A stretch of DNA of 49,234 nt, the filler included, from Jimgerdemannia flammicorona (Eukaryota), in the NCBI GenBank assembly GCA_003990765.1. It is 2 parts of 2 records of this genome, joined end to end, with 100 filler letters (N's around TTAATTAATTAA, not from the genome) between each part and the next. Parts side by side here need not be neighbours in the genome. Positions count along the whole stretch, not along the records: positions 1 to 24,570 come from RBNJ01000956.1; 1 more part is not named here. One strand, written 5' to 3'. How positions within the stretch are numbered: position 1 is the stretch's first letter; the number at the start of each line of letters is the position of its first letter. Below are positions 11,301 through 24,570 of this stretch, one piece after another. The position numbers and the translations under genes were made by a program. The notes beneath the pieces were generated by a model that saw only the letters and a list, made by a program, of their open reading frames with translations, did not search any database and was not told where the DNA came from.

Positions 11301-14047
11301 TTAAAGTATGTATCAGGGATCCTTGACCACATGCATATGAATATATACAGACTGATATATATACTATTATACTCTAGCAAGAAATACTTTCTCATATTTA
11401 TCAATAATTATATATATAAGACATATGTATATTTTCTATCAGTAAAGAGTGAAGTCTTGGATAAATTCAAAAAATTCAAAGCAATTACTGAAAATGAAAC
11501 TGGACATAGAATATGCACATTATTATCAGACAATAAATACAAATATGTCAAAAATATGTTTAAGCAGTTTCTGACCAAATATAATATAACTCATCAAATG
11601 ATAGCTCTCTATATGTCTCAGCAGAATGATGTGGCTGAGTAATTTAACTGTATGGCTATAGAAATGACACATATAATGATTAATGCCACCAGACTATTAT
11701 ATTCTTATTGGGCTGAAGTGATAAGTACTGTGGTATATATATGTAATTGGTATATATCTCAATTGCTGAGCATGGATGCTGGCAATAATAATAAATATTC
11801 CAGAGATGATAATCTTACCTATGAAGAATTATGGAGCAGATCCAAATCCAATATATCCTGTCTATGTATATTTGATTGTAAGGTATATATTCTCAATAAA
11901 AGTAATTATATCTGGGATAAATTTGAACCCAAGATAAGAAAGCACATGTTTCTTAGGTATTTGGCAAAGCATACTAACTATGAGATCTATATAAGTGACA
12001 TATAGTCATTTTGTATGATGTACAGTTTAGAGAAAAGGGAAATAATTTGAGATCTGTATAGAAGTACTGGTTGAAATCTCTATATCCTAGCCAGCACAAA
12101 TGCAGCAACCAGTACAACCATCATCCACCTCTCCAGTAGTCAATCAGAACTATTTACAACTGCTATACATATCTGAGCCTGAGTCAGAGATGCTTTAGCT
12201 AAGAATAATAGAGATTAAAGATAATAATAGTAAATTCTTCAATAATGAGAGATCCTCTACCTCTATGAAGGGTAAATAAGTGCAAAAGTGCTCCAACATT
12301 CACCATGAAACTTATTCAGATTTAGGAAGTTATTGAGACATATCAGCAAGCTCTAAATGACAGCAACAACAAAAGGACCATATGAGCTACACTGAAGTAT
12401 ACAAATATACATATATTATAATATCATCTGGTGAGCCAAATACAGATAATGAAGCCATAACTGGTCCTGACAACAAGAAATGGCAAAGTGCAATAGAGGA
12501 GGAATACAATTCACTCATCAAGTACAGTATATAAGATCTAGTACTCCTTCCAACAAACCATCAAGTTATTAGATCTAAGTGGGTATATAGAATAAAGCAA
12601 AACACCAATGGATATATAGAGTGATATAAAGCTCATTTTATTGCCAAGAGTTACTTATAAGACTATGGTATAGATTATGATGAAATATTTTCACCAGTAT
12701 TCAAGCTTACTTCACTTAGAATACTCCTTGTGATCAGTATACTATATGACCTGGAGATCTACTAGGTAGACTTTAAGACAGCCTTTCTAAATAGTGACAT
12801 AGAAACTGAACTATATATTTATTAACCATAAGGATATAAACTATATAACAATCAGAATGGCAAGCATATATAGACTATATAAAGGATTATATGATATTAA
12901 GCAAGTAGTATGCCTATGGAACAAAAGAATTGATAAATATCTCCTTAACAATAGATTTAAGTATTGTGAAGCAGAAAATTGTATATATATCTAGTATTAT
13001 GACAATGGTATAGTATTCATCAGTATATGGATTAATGATATCATCATCATAGTTAGTAAAAATAGGCTTAATAGAGTAAAGAAGACTCTATGCTGAGAGT
13101 TCAAGATGACCAACATAGGCAATACATCCTTCCTTTTGGGGATATCCATTATATTAAATAGGAACATATATACCATACATCTCTCACAAGCAACATATGC
13201 TCAAACAATCTATAAATACTTCAATATGAGTGATTACAAACCCATTAGCACTCCAATAGAGATATCCATGAAACTAAGGAAGTCTGACAATACACTTAAG
13301 ATAGATAATAATAATACATCTGCCAAGAATACCACCAACAATATTCCCTACAGACAAGTGGTCAGTTCTCTTATATATCTTATACTAGAAATGAGGTCTG
13401 ACATATTATACACCATGAATAAGGTAGTGCAATATTCCTCATACTATGATAATTCACATTGGATGGTAATCAAGAGGATACTCAGATAATTAAAGAGATC
13501 AACATACTATATGCTCACTTTGGACAGTGACATTAGATTAAGTAGGAGCAATAATATCTGGCTATCTGGTGCTTGTAATACCAACTGGGCCAGAGACTTG
13601 GATGACTGCTGGTCTATGACTGGATATCTCTTTCACATTGACAAAGAATCTGTCATTTCATGGCAAACATACAAGCAGAGTTCTATATCAATATCCTCAA
13701 TATAGGTGGAGTACCAGGTATTGTCATTAGTAACAAAGAAAGCTATTTGGCTCTACAAACTATTAAAGGAGCTCAGTTTCACTCAGGAGAACCCTACACT
13801 GATTAGGAAAGACAACCAATCAATGATAGCACTTGTCAAGAATCCAGTATACTATAGCAGAATGAAACATATTAATATATAGTACTATTTTATTTATGAA
13901 TGCATAGAAAATAGTGCTATATATCTGGAATACATTCCCACAGAGTGTATGACTGCTAATTTACTTACTAAAGTCCTTCCAAAGCTGAAGTTTGAGTAAT
14001 GCACTAAAGGAATGAGTCTTATGAACACTATGCCAATATCTGGTTGA
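8320..14047 (+). pseudogene. copia gag-pol, interrupted by the retroposon at 9687-10882
   Basis: FNRKDYVIWAFHM; knuckle CKYCSKYRHRKH*C; PR LIDSSAM; T*YQCLGH; IN LLSDNKYKY and QQNDVAE; RT EPNT, VDFKTAFLN, WINDII; RH NTNWARDLDD. Confidence 0.9.
9687..10882 (-). mobile_element. ~1.2-kb non-autonomous poly(A) retroposon, copy 1
   Basis: T run 9685-9709 with AATAAA upstream on the minus strand. 15-bp TSD ATCAAGCCTATTATT at 9672-9686 and 10883-10897. Colinear with 30809-32000. Confidence 0.92.
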
Positions 14048-14341
14048 TTATGGGACACTTTTCAGATTATTAAAAGCCTCATACCATATATATATTAGTT
14101 ATATCCCTCATCTATAAGTGGATTATATGGATAATATTACATTGTATTTCTTCAAATATTTTGGGTATTTTGGAACACTTTTCAATCTGCGAAAATTCCA
14201 TAAATATAGGATTTTTTTTTGTATTTGGGTTATATACAATTATAGCTATATTGCTTTTTTTTTCCAGTTTGTATTCTATTCTTTCTTTTTTGGGTCCATT
14301 TTTTGTATATTTCCTTTTTTATATATCTCATTGAGCAGAAG

Positions 14342-14467
14342 TATTGAGATGACAACTCAATATATCAATATATAATTGGTAATTTTACCAGTCTTACATC
14401 ATCTATCAGTAATGTATAAAATACATGTCCTATACAAGTTCAATAAAAATGCCCCTCTTTCTCAACA
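14342..14467 (+). repeat. copia 3' LTR
   Basis: Preceded by a decayed PPT (TTGAGCAGAAG). Begins TATTG (from TGTTG) and ends CAACA. Confidence 0.88.
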
Positions 14468-15347
14468 GAAATATAGTAGATATAGAATACTGACAAACCA
14501 ATGGATTTATAACTGAGTACCTACAGAGATGCTCACTAACAATAGAGACAATACTCTTCAACAGTTATTTACTATATTAGTAATATAAGTGGAAATAGTA
14601 GCAACATTTTTTACTAAAACAGTGGCCAAGTGCTGGTATATTCTAGAGAAACACTCAGTAATCTAGGAAGACTGCCCACAAGTCACTGAATAAGTAGCTG
14701 GTCAGAACAGACCAGGTTGGAATGACTACATAGTAGGTCCCGAACTCAATACCCTACTGACCAAATTCAGAAATGTAGACTGTATATAAGAAACTTGAAA
14801 CAAACTAGTCCAGATGAAGTTCTACAAGAATAGTAAAGAGGACCTAGAAATCTTTGCCATCAGAATGGATGCCTACCTCAAGACTGTGGGCCTTATCAAA
14901 CAATTTGGCCATCAATGGCACTAGGGCCAATTATCTCTTTATAATCCTATTAGACTGGCTCATCCAGAAGATCAAGAAATAAGGCCTTCTCTATAAATAC
15001 CCTACTGCTCATGGTACTTTGCCTAGGTATAAAGAAGAGTTCATGAAATTCTTACTATATAGGCCCCATAGAATTCAGAATATAAGAAGAATAACTAAGA
15101 CAGAAGGAATCCTTTTAGAAGGAATGACCAAAGGAATGCTCAGAGGAACCAGCAAAATCTCAGAGAACTCCAACCCCCCAATGAGAATAAAAAGAAGCAG
15201 CTCTATGAAAAAGAATTGTGTTTTATTTATAAGAAGGAAGGACACATCTCCTTCAGATACTCTGAGAAGAGAAACAGATCAGATAAACTCAATAACCAGA
15301 ACATCACTATTATTAGAGAAAGACCAGAAAAGAAGAACTCTAAACAT

Positions 15348-15749
15348 ATTATCAAAGTATAGAAGATATGGTACAAGACTATCATCCCCACTAAGACTCA
15401 TCTCACTGATACTAGATATGACCTCTATAGTAGCCAGAATCTCACAATACTACCAGATATTAATACTATAGTGAATACTGGAAGCCTCTAAAGAAATATA
15501 TATCTATCTTATAGAATGAAGTAGTCTGGTCAAAGAATTTAACATTGGGCTAAGAGGAAGAGTAGTTGAATAAGATTTTACTAGTAAAATCTATATCATC
15601 TTGTAAAATTTAGAGATATCCCATTTGAAGTCAAAATAGGCCAAAGAATTATGCAAGTAATCATTAAAGAAATCTATTGAGATCTTACTATTAAAGAAGT
15701 CTCTGAGCTCTCTCAGATAGATTATGATAAGAAAGGATTTAGATCAACC
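15348..15749 (+). pseudogene. dUTPase domain of gypsy E5, between the Gag knuckle and protease
   Basis: Decayed motifs DTRYDLYS, VNTG, SSLVK, GRVVE*DFTSKI, IGQRIMQVI, KKGFRST. Confidence 0.8.
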
Positions 15750-16310
15750 AACAAACCCTCTAGTTAAAGGTTACTACCATAAAGGAAGATAATGAAAACT
15801 AGTATAAGAGAATTGCAGATAGTTATGCACTATGTAGACAATGCCCTCATTTTATCCAAATATACAATATGGAACATATTGGTAAATATCAGGTATACCT
15901 CTCTAAGATTTTCAAAATCTAATCTAAAAGATACTAAGCCCAATAGACTGAGGAATCCAAACCAGACCACCCTCCTTGTAAATGATGGGGAGAGACTAAC
16001 TTTGAGGAGACTAACAGCAATTGAGATAATAAGGATGAAGAGCTCAATATTATTAAGAAGAAAGATAGTCACATCTAGTTTATAGGTTGAGTTTACAGGC
16101 AGAATGTCAACATCTTACTAGATAGTAGTATTACTGAAAACTATATTAGTACTAAGACTGTCAAGAGGATTGGAGCTCAAAGTAGACCTGCTACTGAGAA
16201 AAGAAGTGTCATCTTTGGTGATGGCAAGACTGTATCTTTGACTAAAATCTGTGAAGATCTATTACTCAAGATTGGTAAATACTAAGAAAAGTTAGACTTC
16301 AGCATTATAC

Positions 16311-17360
16311 ATCCTTTCTCTGATAACATTCAGATTACACAACCTTTTGGCAATACTCAAAACATAGTTTTGGAGAGAAGAGTCTAGCAACATGATGACC
16401 AATATAGGTTTTGAGGTATATACTGGGCAGGGTGGCCCTAGTGCATTCGACTGGCAGTATGTGGGGAGGGGCCCTGGCTTGGGAGGAGGCATAAGGGGTC
16501 TGCTGGCAGGAGGATGTAGACAGGAAGAGAGCAGGGTCAGAGGGCAGGGGTCAGAGAGAGCAAGTTTTATAGATGTGGTGAAGGGTGGATGGCTGGTGTC
16601 TAGGCTGGAGGGCTGGCTGAGGAAGGGTAAGAAGATGGTGAAGATGACCAGGCAGGAGAGAGTGGCCCGTAGTAGTAAGGGCAGGGGAGCTAGAGATAGG
16701 GTGGCTGGGGCAAGTATGATGGCTGATGGTAGGGGGAGTGCCAATCTGGAAAAAAATCCAGATGTGACTACTGATGAAGGGGCTGAGAGGATGGGGCTTA
16801 GACAGATGGGAGACCTGGTAGATAGTGTAACAGGCCTAGCAGTGGCCCCATTACTCAAGAAGTCGATCTCAGAATTCACAGTTACTCTGTACTTCCAGGG
16901 CTTGGCAGTAATGGCAAAAATAGTGTTGGAGCTGATTGCTAAGCAGGTGGCTAGAGCAGTATCTGTGAAGTTTCTGAAGAGATTGGAAGGAGTAGAGGTT
17001 GGCTTTGAGGAGACCAGGCCATTGATGGAAGCACTGAAGGCTGGGCTGACTGTTGGATAGGTATATATTCCAATGGCATACTGCTTGAGGTGGGACCCCA
17101 GAGTGGTGCAGTTGCTGGTGAAAGGGGTGCCCATGATGACTGCTGAGAAGATAAGGAGGAGAGTTGAGGAAGTTATGGCCAAGTATAGAGAAGTGATTGA
17201 TGTTGGGTTCTGGGTCTGAGAGGGGACCTCATTCTGAACTAGGGATATTGATGTTAGGATTTAGTTGGCAGGGAAAGAAGCTACCAGAAAGGCTAGGGAC
17301 TGGTTTTCAGTGATGGTTTGGGGGGCTTTCTTGTGCAAGGTGATAAGGTAAAGGAGAGTA
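16311..17360 (+). mobile_element. LINE copy C: 5'UTR plus first half of ORF1, cut off by copy D
   Basis: 5' motif ATCCTTTCTCTGATAACATTCAG. ORF 16392-17060 matches the ORF1 N-terminus and retains the ATG. Confidence 0.88.
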
Positions 17361-20300
17361 CAACATTTCTACAGTAACATTCAGGTTACACAACCTTTTA
17401 GCAATACTTTTGATACAGTTTCTGGAGAAAAACTACTAGTATCATAGTGACCAATGAGCATTCCAAGATATATACTGGGCAGGGTAGCCCTGGTGTATTT
17501 GACTGGCAGTATGTAGAGAGGGGCCCTGGCTTGGGAGAAAGCATGAGGGGCCTACTGGTGGGAGGATGCAGTAGGAGAGGGGGCAGTGTGGGAGGACAGG
17601 AGACAGAGAGGGTGAGCTTTGTAGATAAGGTGAAGGGGAGATAACAGAGAGCTGGGCTGGAGGGCTGGCTAAGAAATAACAAGGAGACAGCAAAGACTGC
17701 AGGGCAGCAGCCTCAATGGGGAGTCTCTCTGGGGGGCTGGAGTAGTGGGGCTCAGAGTGTAGGAGCTGAGGGGGTGACTGCTGATGGAAGCATAATGGGT
17801 GATTAGGAAAAAAATCTAGATGAGACTGCTGATGGTGTACTGAGCAGTGGGAAAGGCATGAGGCCTAGTGATCTGGCTGATGGTGTAATGGAACTGGCAG
17901 TAACACTATTACTCAAAAAGTCAATCTTGAAGTTTGCAGTCACCTTGTGCTTCTGGAACTTAGTGGTGATGGCAAAAATGGTCCTGGGGCAGATTGTGAA
18001 GTAGGTGGGAGGTGTGGCATCTGTTAAATTCCTGAAGGGCCTGGAAGGGGTGGAGGTGGGCTTTGAGGAGAAGAGCTACTGAAGGAGGCACTGAAGATGG
18101 GATTGATGTTTGGAGAGGTGTATGTCCTAATGGTACACTGTTTGAGATGGGACCCCAGAGTGGTACAGCTCCTGGTGAGGAGTGTGTTTACAGTGACCAC
18201 TGGGGAGATAAGAAGGAGAGTTGAGGAGGTCATGGCAGAGTACAGGGAGGTGGTTGATATAGGGTTTAGGGTCTGAGAAGGGACCTCCTTCTGGACAGGG
18301 GATGTTGATGTATGGATTTGACTGACAGAGAGAGAGGCTACTGGAAAGGTGTATGATTGGCCTTTGGTGATAATATGGGGAGCCTTTATGTGCAAGGTGG
18401 CGAGGGTAAAGGAGAGTAGAGAGGAGGAGGAGGACTTGCTGAAGGTACTGGAGGAGCTGAGTAGTGTGGTGGAGTGGAGAGCAAAGGCTTGAAAAGTATA
18501 TGAGGAGTCAACATACTTGGAGATTGTTGATGAGAGGTGAGTTTGGGTTGACAAGAGGCTGTGGGAGAGGTCCCAAGGTCATAAGAGGCAGAGGGAGTTG
18601 CTGGCAAGTCTGGAGAAGAAGGTGATGAAGATGACAATGACAGCTAGTAACATTGAGGAGGCCAGGGGAGCTATGGTGAGTGTCTGGGCCAGTGGATAAG
18701 GGGAGATTGAGGAGGTGGATCTGGAAAGATACTGAGTGAGGATCCATATGAGAATGGTACATTTGAAGTCTGAGAGCAGTCTCCTACTCCTACTTCTCTT
18801 GTAAGGTGAGGACCAGCTGTAAGGGGCCAGGCAGCAGAGGATGTGTCCATGCATAGAGCCCAGTGGGTACACTTTGGGGTCCCTGAGATGACTAAAGGAG
18901 GATAAGTAGTGGCAGTTGGTGAGGAGGAACTGGTGGATGTCCCAGAGGAGGAGTGGAATGAGGCTGTGAGTATGGGGGAAGATATCTCAATACTGAGTAG
19001 AGGTTGGCCTACAACTTCTGGGGGAAAGGAGGTGGGGAATCTCCTGTGGATGTGCTGAATAATGAATAATCTTGTGGCTGAGGAGCTGGGAGAAGTGGAT
19101 CTGAGAGTGATGAGTAATGAGTATTGGGCAGAGATCTTACATAGTGATGGAGTGGTGGAGGTGTTAAAGACAGAGATACTTGCAGTTTTCCTGAAGGAGG
19201 AAGGATATGAGGTAGATAGGGAGAGGGAGGCTATATTGGCAGTTGTTGCTAGAGAGTGGGCTACCTACTTTTGGGAAAAGCATCATAGTTTGCAGCTCTG
19301 GCAAGAGGCCTGCTTGGAGTATCATGAGAAATTTGAGGAAAAGGAGAATAGGGAAATGGCTGTGCTACTGAGTGAATTAGAGGCTAAGAGGACTGAAGAG
19401 GAGGAGGTGTCTGCTGAACATATACTGGACTTGGCACAGGAAGTAATGGGCATGGAGCAGTAGAGGAGGTACTTTTATTTTCACAATATTTCCTATGAAC
19501 AGTACAACCAACATTTTATCTCTAAATGTGAATGAGTTATGGGGTTCTTTTCAGCATTGGAACATTTTTGCTTGGCTGAATTGATTGGAGGCCATTCTCT
19601 TTCTTTTGCAGGATGTCAGATGTGAGGATAATTTGGATAGACTGGAATGGATGAAGAAATGGGGAGGTGAGGCTATATGGAAAGGCAAGATGGGGATTCT
19701 AGTCCAAAGAGACAGAGGGGAGATACAAGAGGTGGGGAGCTGGGGCAAGAGGCTGGTCTGGGGAGAGTGGATTTAAGTAGGTTGAGAGCCAGTTACTGTG
19801 GAGTCTTGCTACTGTTCTGCTATATGGGGGGAGTAAGAGGACTGGGTGTAGGGTCTCCAGGAGAGTAGGGCACTTATAGAGGCTGAAGTGAATGTGTTTG
19901 GCAGGGACTTCAATATGGTCTGGGATGTACTGGTGGATAGAACTGATGGAGGGTGGGGAGCCAAGGGAAGGAGTGGAGGTCCGGAGGCATGGAAGGAGGT
20001 TGAGAGGCTGAGTGTACTGGTGGATACTAGTAGGGGATTTTGGGGTAATAGGAGAGTATATATGCACTAGGCCAGGGGACTGGGGACAAGGATCAATTGG
20101 GTTTTGACAGCAGATTGCTGGGGCTTAGATGTCTGGAAATCATTGGAGGTTGAGTGGTGCCCATGGTCTGATCATTGAGGGCTATTGGGACAGAGACATT
20201 TTGGGGGAAGTTGGGATGGGCCTGGACATTGGTACCTCAATTCCTCTTTGTTGGATGATAAGGGGTTGTGGGATAAGTGGGCTGTGGACATTCAGCAGAG

Positions 20301-23103
20301 GGTGGAGGGCTGGGTATAGGAGAGTGCCCCAGTAAGTGTCTGGTAGAAGAGGCTGAAGGAGGCTGCTAGGGTCTACTGGGGAGAGGCTAGCAAGATGGCT
20401 GGCAGACAGAGGAAGAGAAGGATGGAGTGGGCTTCTGCTAGATTAGCTCAACTTCTGGAGGAGTGGGCTGGTTTGTTGGCCCTGAGGACTGGAGATCACT
20501 GCAGGTACAGAAGGAGGTTGCAGAGTTGCAATTGGTGATGAGAGAGGAGGAGGAGGCTAGGGTGCAGAGTTAGGCAGCATGGCTGCATTGGCAGGGACTG
20601 GAGGAAGGGGAGAGGACCTCTAAGTTTCTCATGAGGGCTCTTTGGGTGAGAAGAGTCAAGCAGTGGTGGGAAGGAGTATTGGATGTAGATGGTCATCTGG
20701 TATGTAGTATATATGATATTCTTGGATTGTTAAAAGAGAGGTGGAGTGGCCTGTAGAGTGAGAAGGAGGGGGGGACTAATGTTGTTGCCATTGACCATAC
20801 TTTGGAGGATTGGCACCTACTACTGATGAAAGGGCTGGGCAGTCTGGTATTGCTAGTACAAGAGGAGGAGATTCACCAGATTCTTACTGCAACTATGTAG
20901 GGTATAGCACCATGTGAGGATGGTCTGCCTTGGGACTTTTGGAAGAAGATGATAGGAATCTCCATTGTAATGGGAGAGCTGATGGCTATGTATGACTTGG
21001 TGTTACAGTCAGGTTGTTGGGTGGGTAAGTAGATCTGGGGCTGATGGTACTGCTCTATAAGGATAAAGGCAGGAGAGAGGACTGGAGGAATTGGAGACCA
21101 ATTATGCTGCTAGATATGGATAGAAAGTTGGTTACTAAGTTGGTGGTGGCTAGGTTGCAGAAGGTGGCCCAGTAGGTCTTGGAGGAGAAGCAGCAGGGCT
21201 TTGTAGGAGGCTGGCTCATTAGGGATGGTACAGCCTGAGTACATAGCATTATTGAGGGGGCACAAGCCTGTGGACTGGATGAGTGCCTGGTTTTTCCAGA
21301 TCAAGAGAAGACATATGACCATATTCAGCAGGTCTGGATAGCAAAGGTTCTAGATAGAATTGGTGTATCTCAGCCATTCAGGGTGGTGATGATCAGCCTA
21401 CTGGAAGGGAGTAGAGCTGCACTTGTATATAATGGGCACCAAGGGGGGGCCTTCTCCCTGAGTAGGGGGGTTTCCCAATGGGACCCTTTGTCATCCATTC
21501 TGTATGCACTCTCATTGGAGCCACTAATGGATAGGATTTGGAGGAAGATAGTAGGGCTCTCAGTATTAGGCATAGATTGGAAGATTGGAGCCTTTGTAGA
21601 TGATATGGTGGTTGGCCTGGGATCAATCACAGATGTTGAAGAACTCAAGACAACAGTTAAGTAGTATGAGGTACATTGTGGGGCTAAGCTCAATTGGCAC
21701 AAGTGTGAGACAATGGTGTTAGATAATGGCCTGGTGGGGGGGAATGTTATTGGAACAATTGTCCTGGCTGGGGAGGCAGTATGATACCTAGGCATTTATC
21801 TCTTGGTATATGGGTCAGCTCTCCTGAGAGCTTGGTGGGAGTGGTGAGTTGAGATCTGGGGGGAGGCCCTGTGGAGTTGGGGGGGCCACCATATGTCTCT
21901 AGCAGGGCAGGTTGCTATCTTGAATATATACTGGCTACCAAAGCTATAGTACTTGGCCTATCATCTGGACTTCCCAGCCTGAGTGGTGAAGAGACTGTTG
22001 AAACTTACCAAGGGGTGGATCAGGACTAGGAGAAGGAGTCAGATTAGATGGGAAATTTTGTCTTTGCCAGTTGCTAGAGGAGGTCTTAGACTGGTTGACT
22101 TTCTGAAGAGGCTGTACTGCTGTGAGTATAGTGGCTGAAGAGAGCAGTAGAGTTGAGAGAAGGTAGTTGGGTTCCTCTGATGAAGAGGGTCTGGGAGATG
22201 AGGTCCATACCAATAGGCTCTACAGGAGATCTGCTGTCATTAGTTGGGTTTCAGAATAATAATCATATGCAATATAAGGGCTTCTGGTGGGGGATTGTAG
22301 ATAGAGCTCACTATATTGAAATTCACTAGTGGGAGATGAAGGGGAGCTGTCTTGGGGCACCATAATGTAGAGATGGGACCAAGTTCAGTTGGGGGGCATC
22401 TCATTACTCAACTTCAATATTGGTGATGGGGTCAAGTACCAGGGGGGGTTAGGACAGGATGTGTGGCCTGGCAGGTAGCAGCAGGTGGATATTGGGGAGG
22501 AGTGAGACTGGAATGAGGTCTGGGCCTGGAGTGCTGAGGTCAGGCAGTAGTTGCCACCAAAGTACTGAGTGGTCTGGGGGTGTATGCTGAGGAGGAATAT
22601 CATGCTCAACTTTTGCTCAGGCTATCTGGTTGAGGGGGAAAGTTTTGACTGTAAGGTGTACTATAATGTAAAACAGGAAGGGGGTTTTACACAGATGCTA
22701 TAATATGGGTTGGGAGAGTATAAGGTGCTGAGTGACTTTAGATTAGCAGTTGGGCATTGATTGGATATAGTACATAGGGGAGATAGTGTGAGAGACCAAT
22801 GGGAGGATTTGCGGGATAGATTGGTTGGGGGGGTTGGGAAGGAGTAGCTCACTCTAGATTGGGTTATGGTTGTTTGGGTGGGGTTGGCAGGTTACTGGTT
22901 GTTTGTTTTCAAGGAAGGGAGGAGTCTAGGACTGGGGGCACAGTTGCTAAGATGGGAAGAATTGATGGAGGACATCTTGATAGACTAGTGGCTTGGTTGG
23001 GGACTGCAGGGGACATTAATGAAGAAATAACCAACAGACTCAAGGTCCTGATCTCTCCAGTATAACAGACTCAAGCCAGGTTGGGTTAAAGATAGGTTAC
23101 ATA
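17361..23103 (+). mobile_element. LINE copy D, near full length, decayed
   Basis: 5' CAACATTTCTACAGTAACATTCAGG. ORF1 runs to 19463. ORF2 starts at ATG 19495 (MNSTTNILSLNVN), with AFVDDM at ~21590. Colinear with copy A to ~23103. Confidence 0.92.
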
Positions 23104-23134
23104 TAATTCCAGATCAGCACCACACAGACAGGGA

Positions 23135-24310
23135 CAATACAGGCAACATGGGCAACATGGGCAATATGGGGGGGCAAGATGGGCAAGATGGCAAGATGGC
23201 AAGATGGGCAAGATGGCAAGATGGCAAGATGGGTGACATGGGCAAGACAGGCAGACAGCAAGATAAGCGACATGGGCAAAATGGGCAAAATGGGCAACAT
23301 GGGCAACATGGGCAATATAGGCAGACAACACAGGTAACATGGGCAATATGGGCGGGCAACACAGGCAACACAGGCAATACAGGTGGGCAATATGGGCAAC
23401 ACGGGCAATGCGGGCAATATGGGCAGGTAAGATGGGCAAGATAGGCAAGACAGGCAAGATGGCAAGATGATAAGATGGCGACAGGGGCAAGATGGGCAAG
23501 ATGGGCAAGATGGACAAGACAGGCAAGATGGGCAAGACAGGCAAGACAGCAAGATGGCAAGACAGTAAGATGGGTGACATGGGTAAGATGGGCAGATGAC
23601 AAGACAGGCAATATGGGCAAGATGGGCAAGATGGGCAAAATGGGCAAAATGGGCAAAATAGGCAAAATGGGCAAAATGGGCAACATGGGCAGCATGGGCA
23701 ATACAGGCAGGCAACATGGGCAACATGGGCAACACAAGTGGGCAACACAGGCAATACAGGCAACATGGGCAACATGGGCAACATGGGCAATATAGGCAAT
23801 ACAGGCAACATGGGCAGGCAAGATGGGCAAGATAGGCAAGATGGGCAAGATGGTAAGATGGGTGACATGGGCAAGATGGGCAGATGGCAAGACAGGTGAC
23901 ATAGGCAAGATAGGCAAAATGGGCAAAATGGGCAACATGGGCAACATGGGCAACATGGGCAACATGGGCAACATGGGTGGGCAAGATGGGCAAGACAGGC
24001 AAGATGGGCAAGATGAGCAAGATGGGCAAGATGGCAAGATGCAATATGGACAACATGGGCAACACTGGCAGGCAAGATGGGCAAGACAGGCGACATGGGC
24101 AAGATGGGCAAAACAGGCAAAACAGGCAACATGGGTAACATGGGCAACACAGGCAACACAGGCAATATAGAACACAGGCAACATGGGTGGGCAAGATGAG
24201 CAAGATAGGCAAGATGGGCAAGATGGACAAGATGGGCAAGACAGCAAGATGGCAACATGGGCAATATGGGTGAGCAAGACAGGCAAGACAGGCTAGATGG
24301 GTAAGACAGG
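23135..24310. repeat. 9-bp minisatellite (GGCAAGATG/GGCAACATG/GGCAAAATG variants)
   Basis: ~1.17 kb of tandem 9-mer variants, directly visible. Confidence 0.95.
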
Positions 24311-24570
24311 AGGCACTAATAGGAGTAGGTCAGGTGCACTAGATGTCAAGTACTTGAGGTGGTTGGGGCTCACAACCCATACCCACTGAGTGGGGCAGGC
24401 CAGGTAGGAGGATCTAGTTACTCAGGTAGTGAGGTCACAACTCACATCCTAAAGGTGCAAGGCTGGGTGAGGGTGAAGGTGGGTTGAGATTGGGGTAGAA
24501 TGGGGCTACTGATGTTGTATGAGGACATGTGGTATGTTATAGATAGTTAATAAATGAGACTACAGCCTAA
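24311..24570 (+). mobile_element. probable 3' UTR of a non-LTR element
   Basis: G-rich. Ends TATAGATAGTTAATAAAT..., like the LINE 3' end at 43621-43650. Runs into the gap. Confidence 0.4.

Larger units (their letters stand above)
8071..14467 (+). mobile_element. Ty1/copia LTR retrotransposon, complete but heavily mutated
   Basis: Two similar short LTRs. TSD GAAAT at 8066-8070 and 14468-14472. PBS and PPT present. Domain order gag-PR-IN-RT-RH. Confidence 0.93.
7726..16310 (+). mobile_element. Ty3/gypsy remnant E5 (gag-dUTPase-protease), split by the copia insertion and cut by LINE C
   Basis: Gag motif IFSGKNSDIEI continues across the copia. Decayed knuckle CFIYKKEGHISFRY at ~15224-15262, then dUTPase, then protease ILLDSSIT at ~16112. 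Confidence 0.75.

Noticed and set aside
14118..14375. 85-aa Phe-rich ORF as an env-like gene
   Set aside because: T-rich copia 3' UTR; compositional artefact.
23086..24286. Three 380-392 aa minus-strand ORFs (LPM/CPC/AHV repeats) and collagen-like plus-strand ORFs
   Set aside because: They arise from the 9-bp minisatellite lacking stop triplets. All three frames are open and interchange, so there is no evidence of coding.
23115..24320. Possible hAT-like termini (CAGCACC ... GGCACTA) around the minisatellite
   Set aside because: Only 7 degenerate bases and no matching 8-bp TSD.
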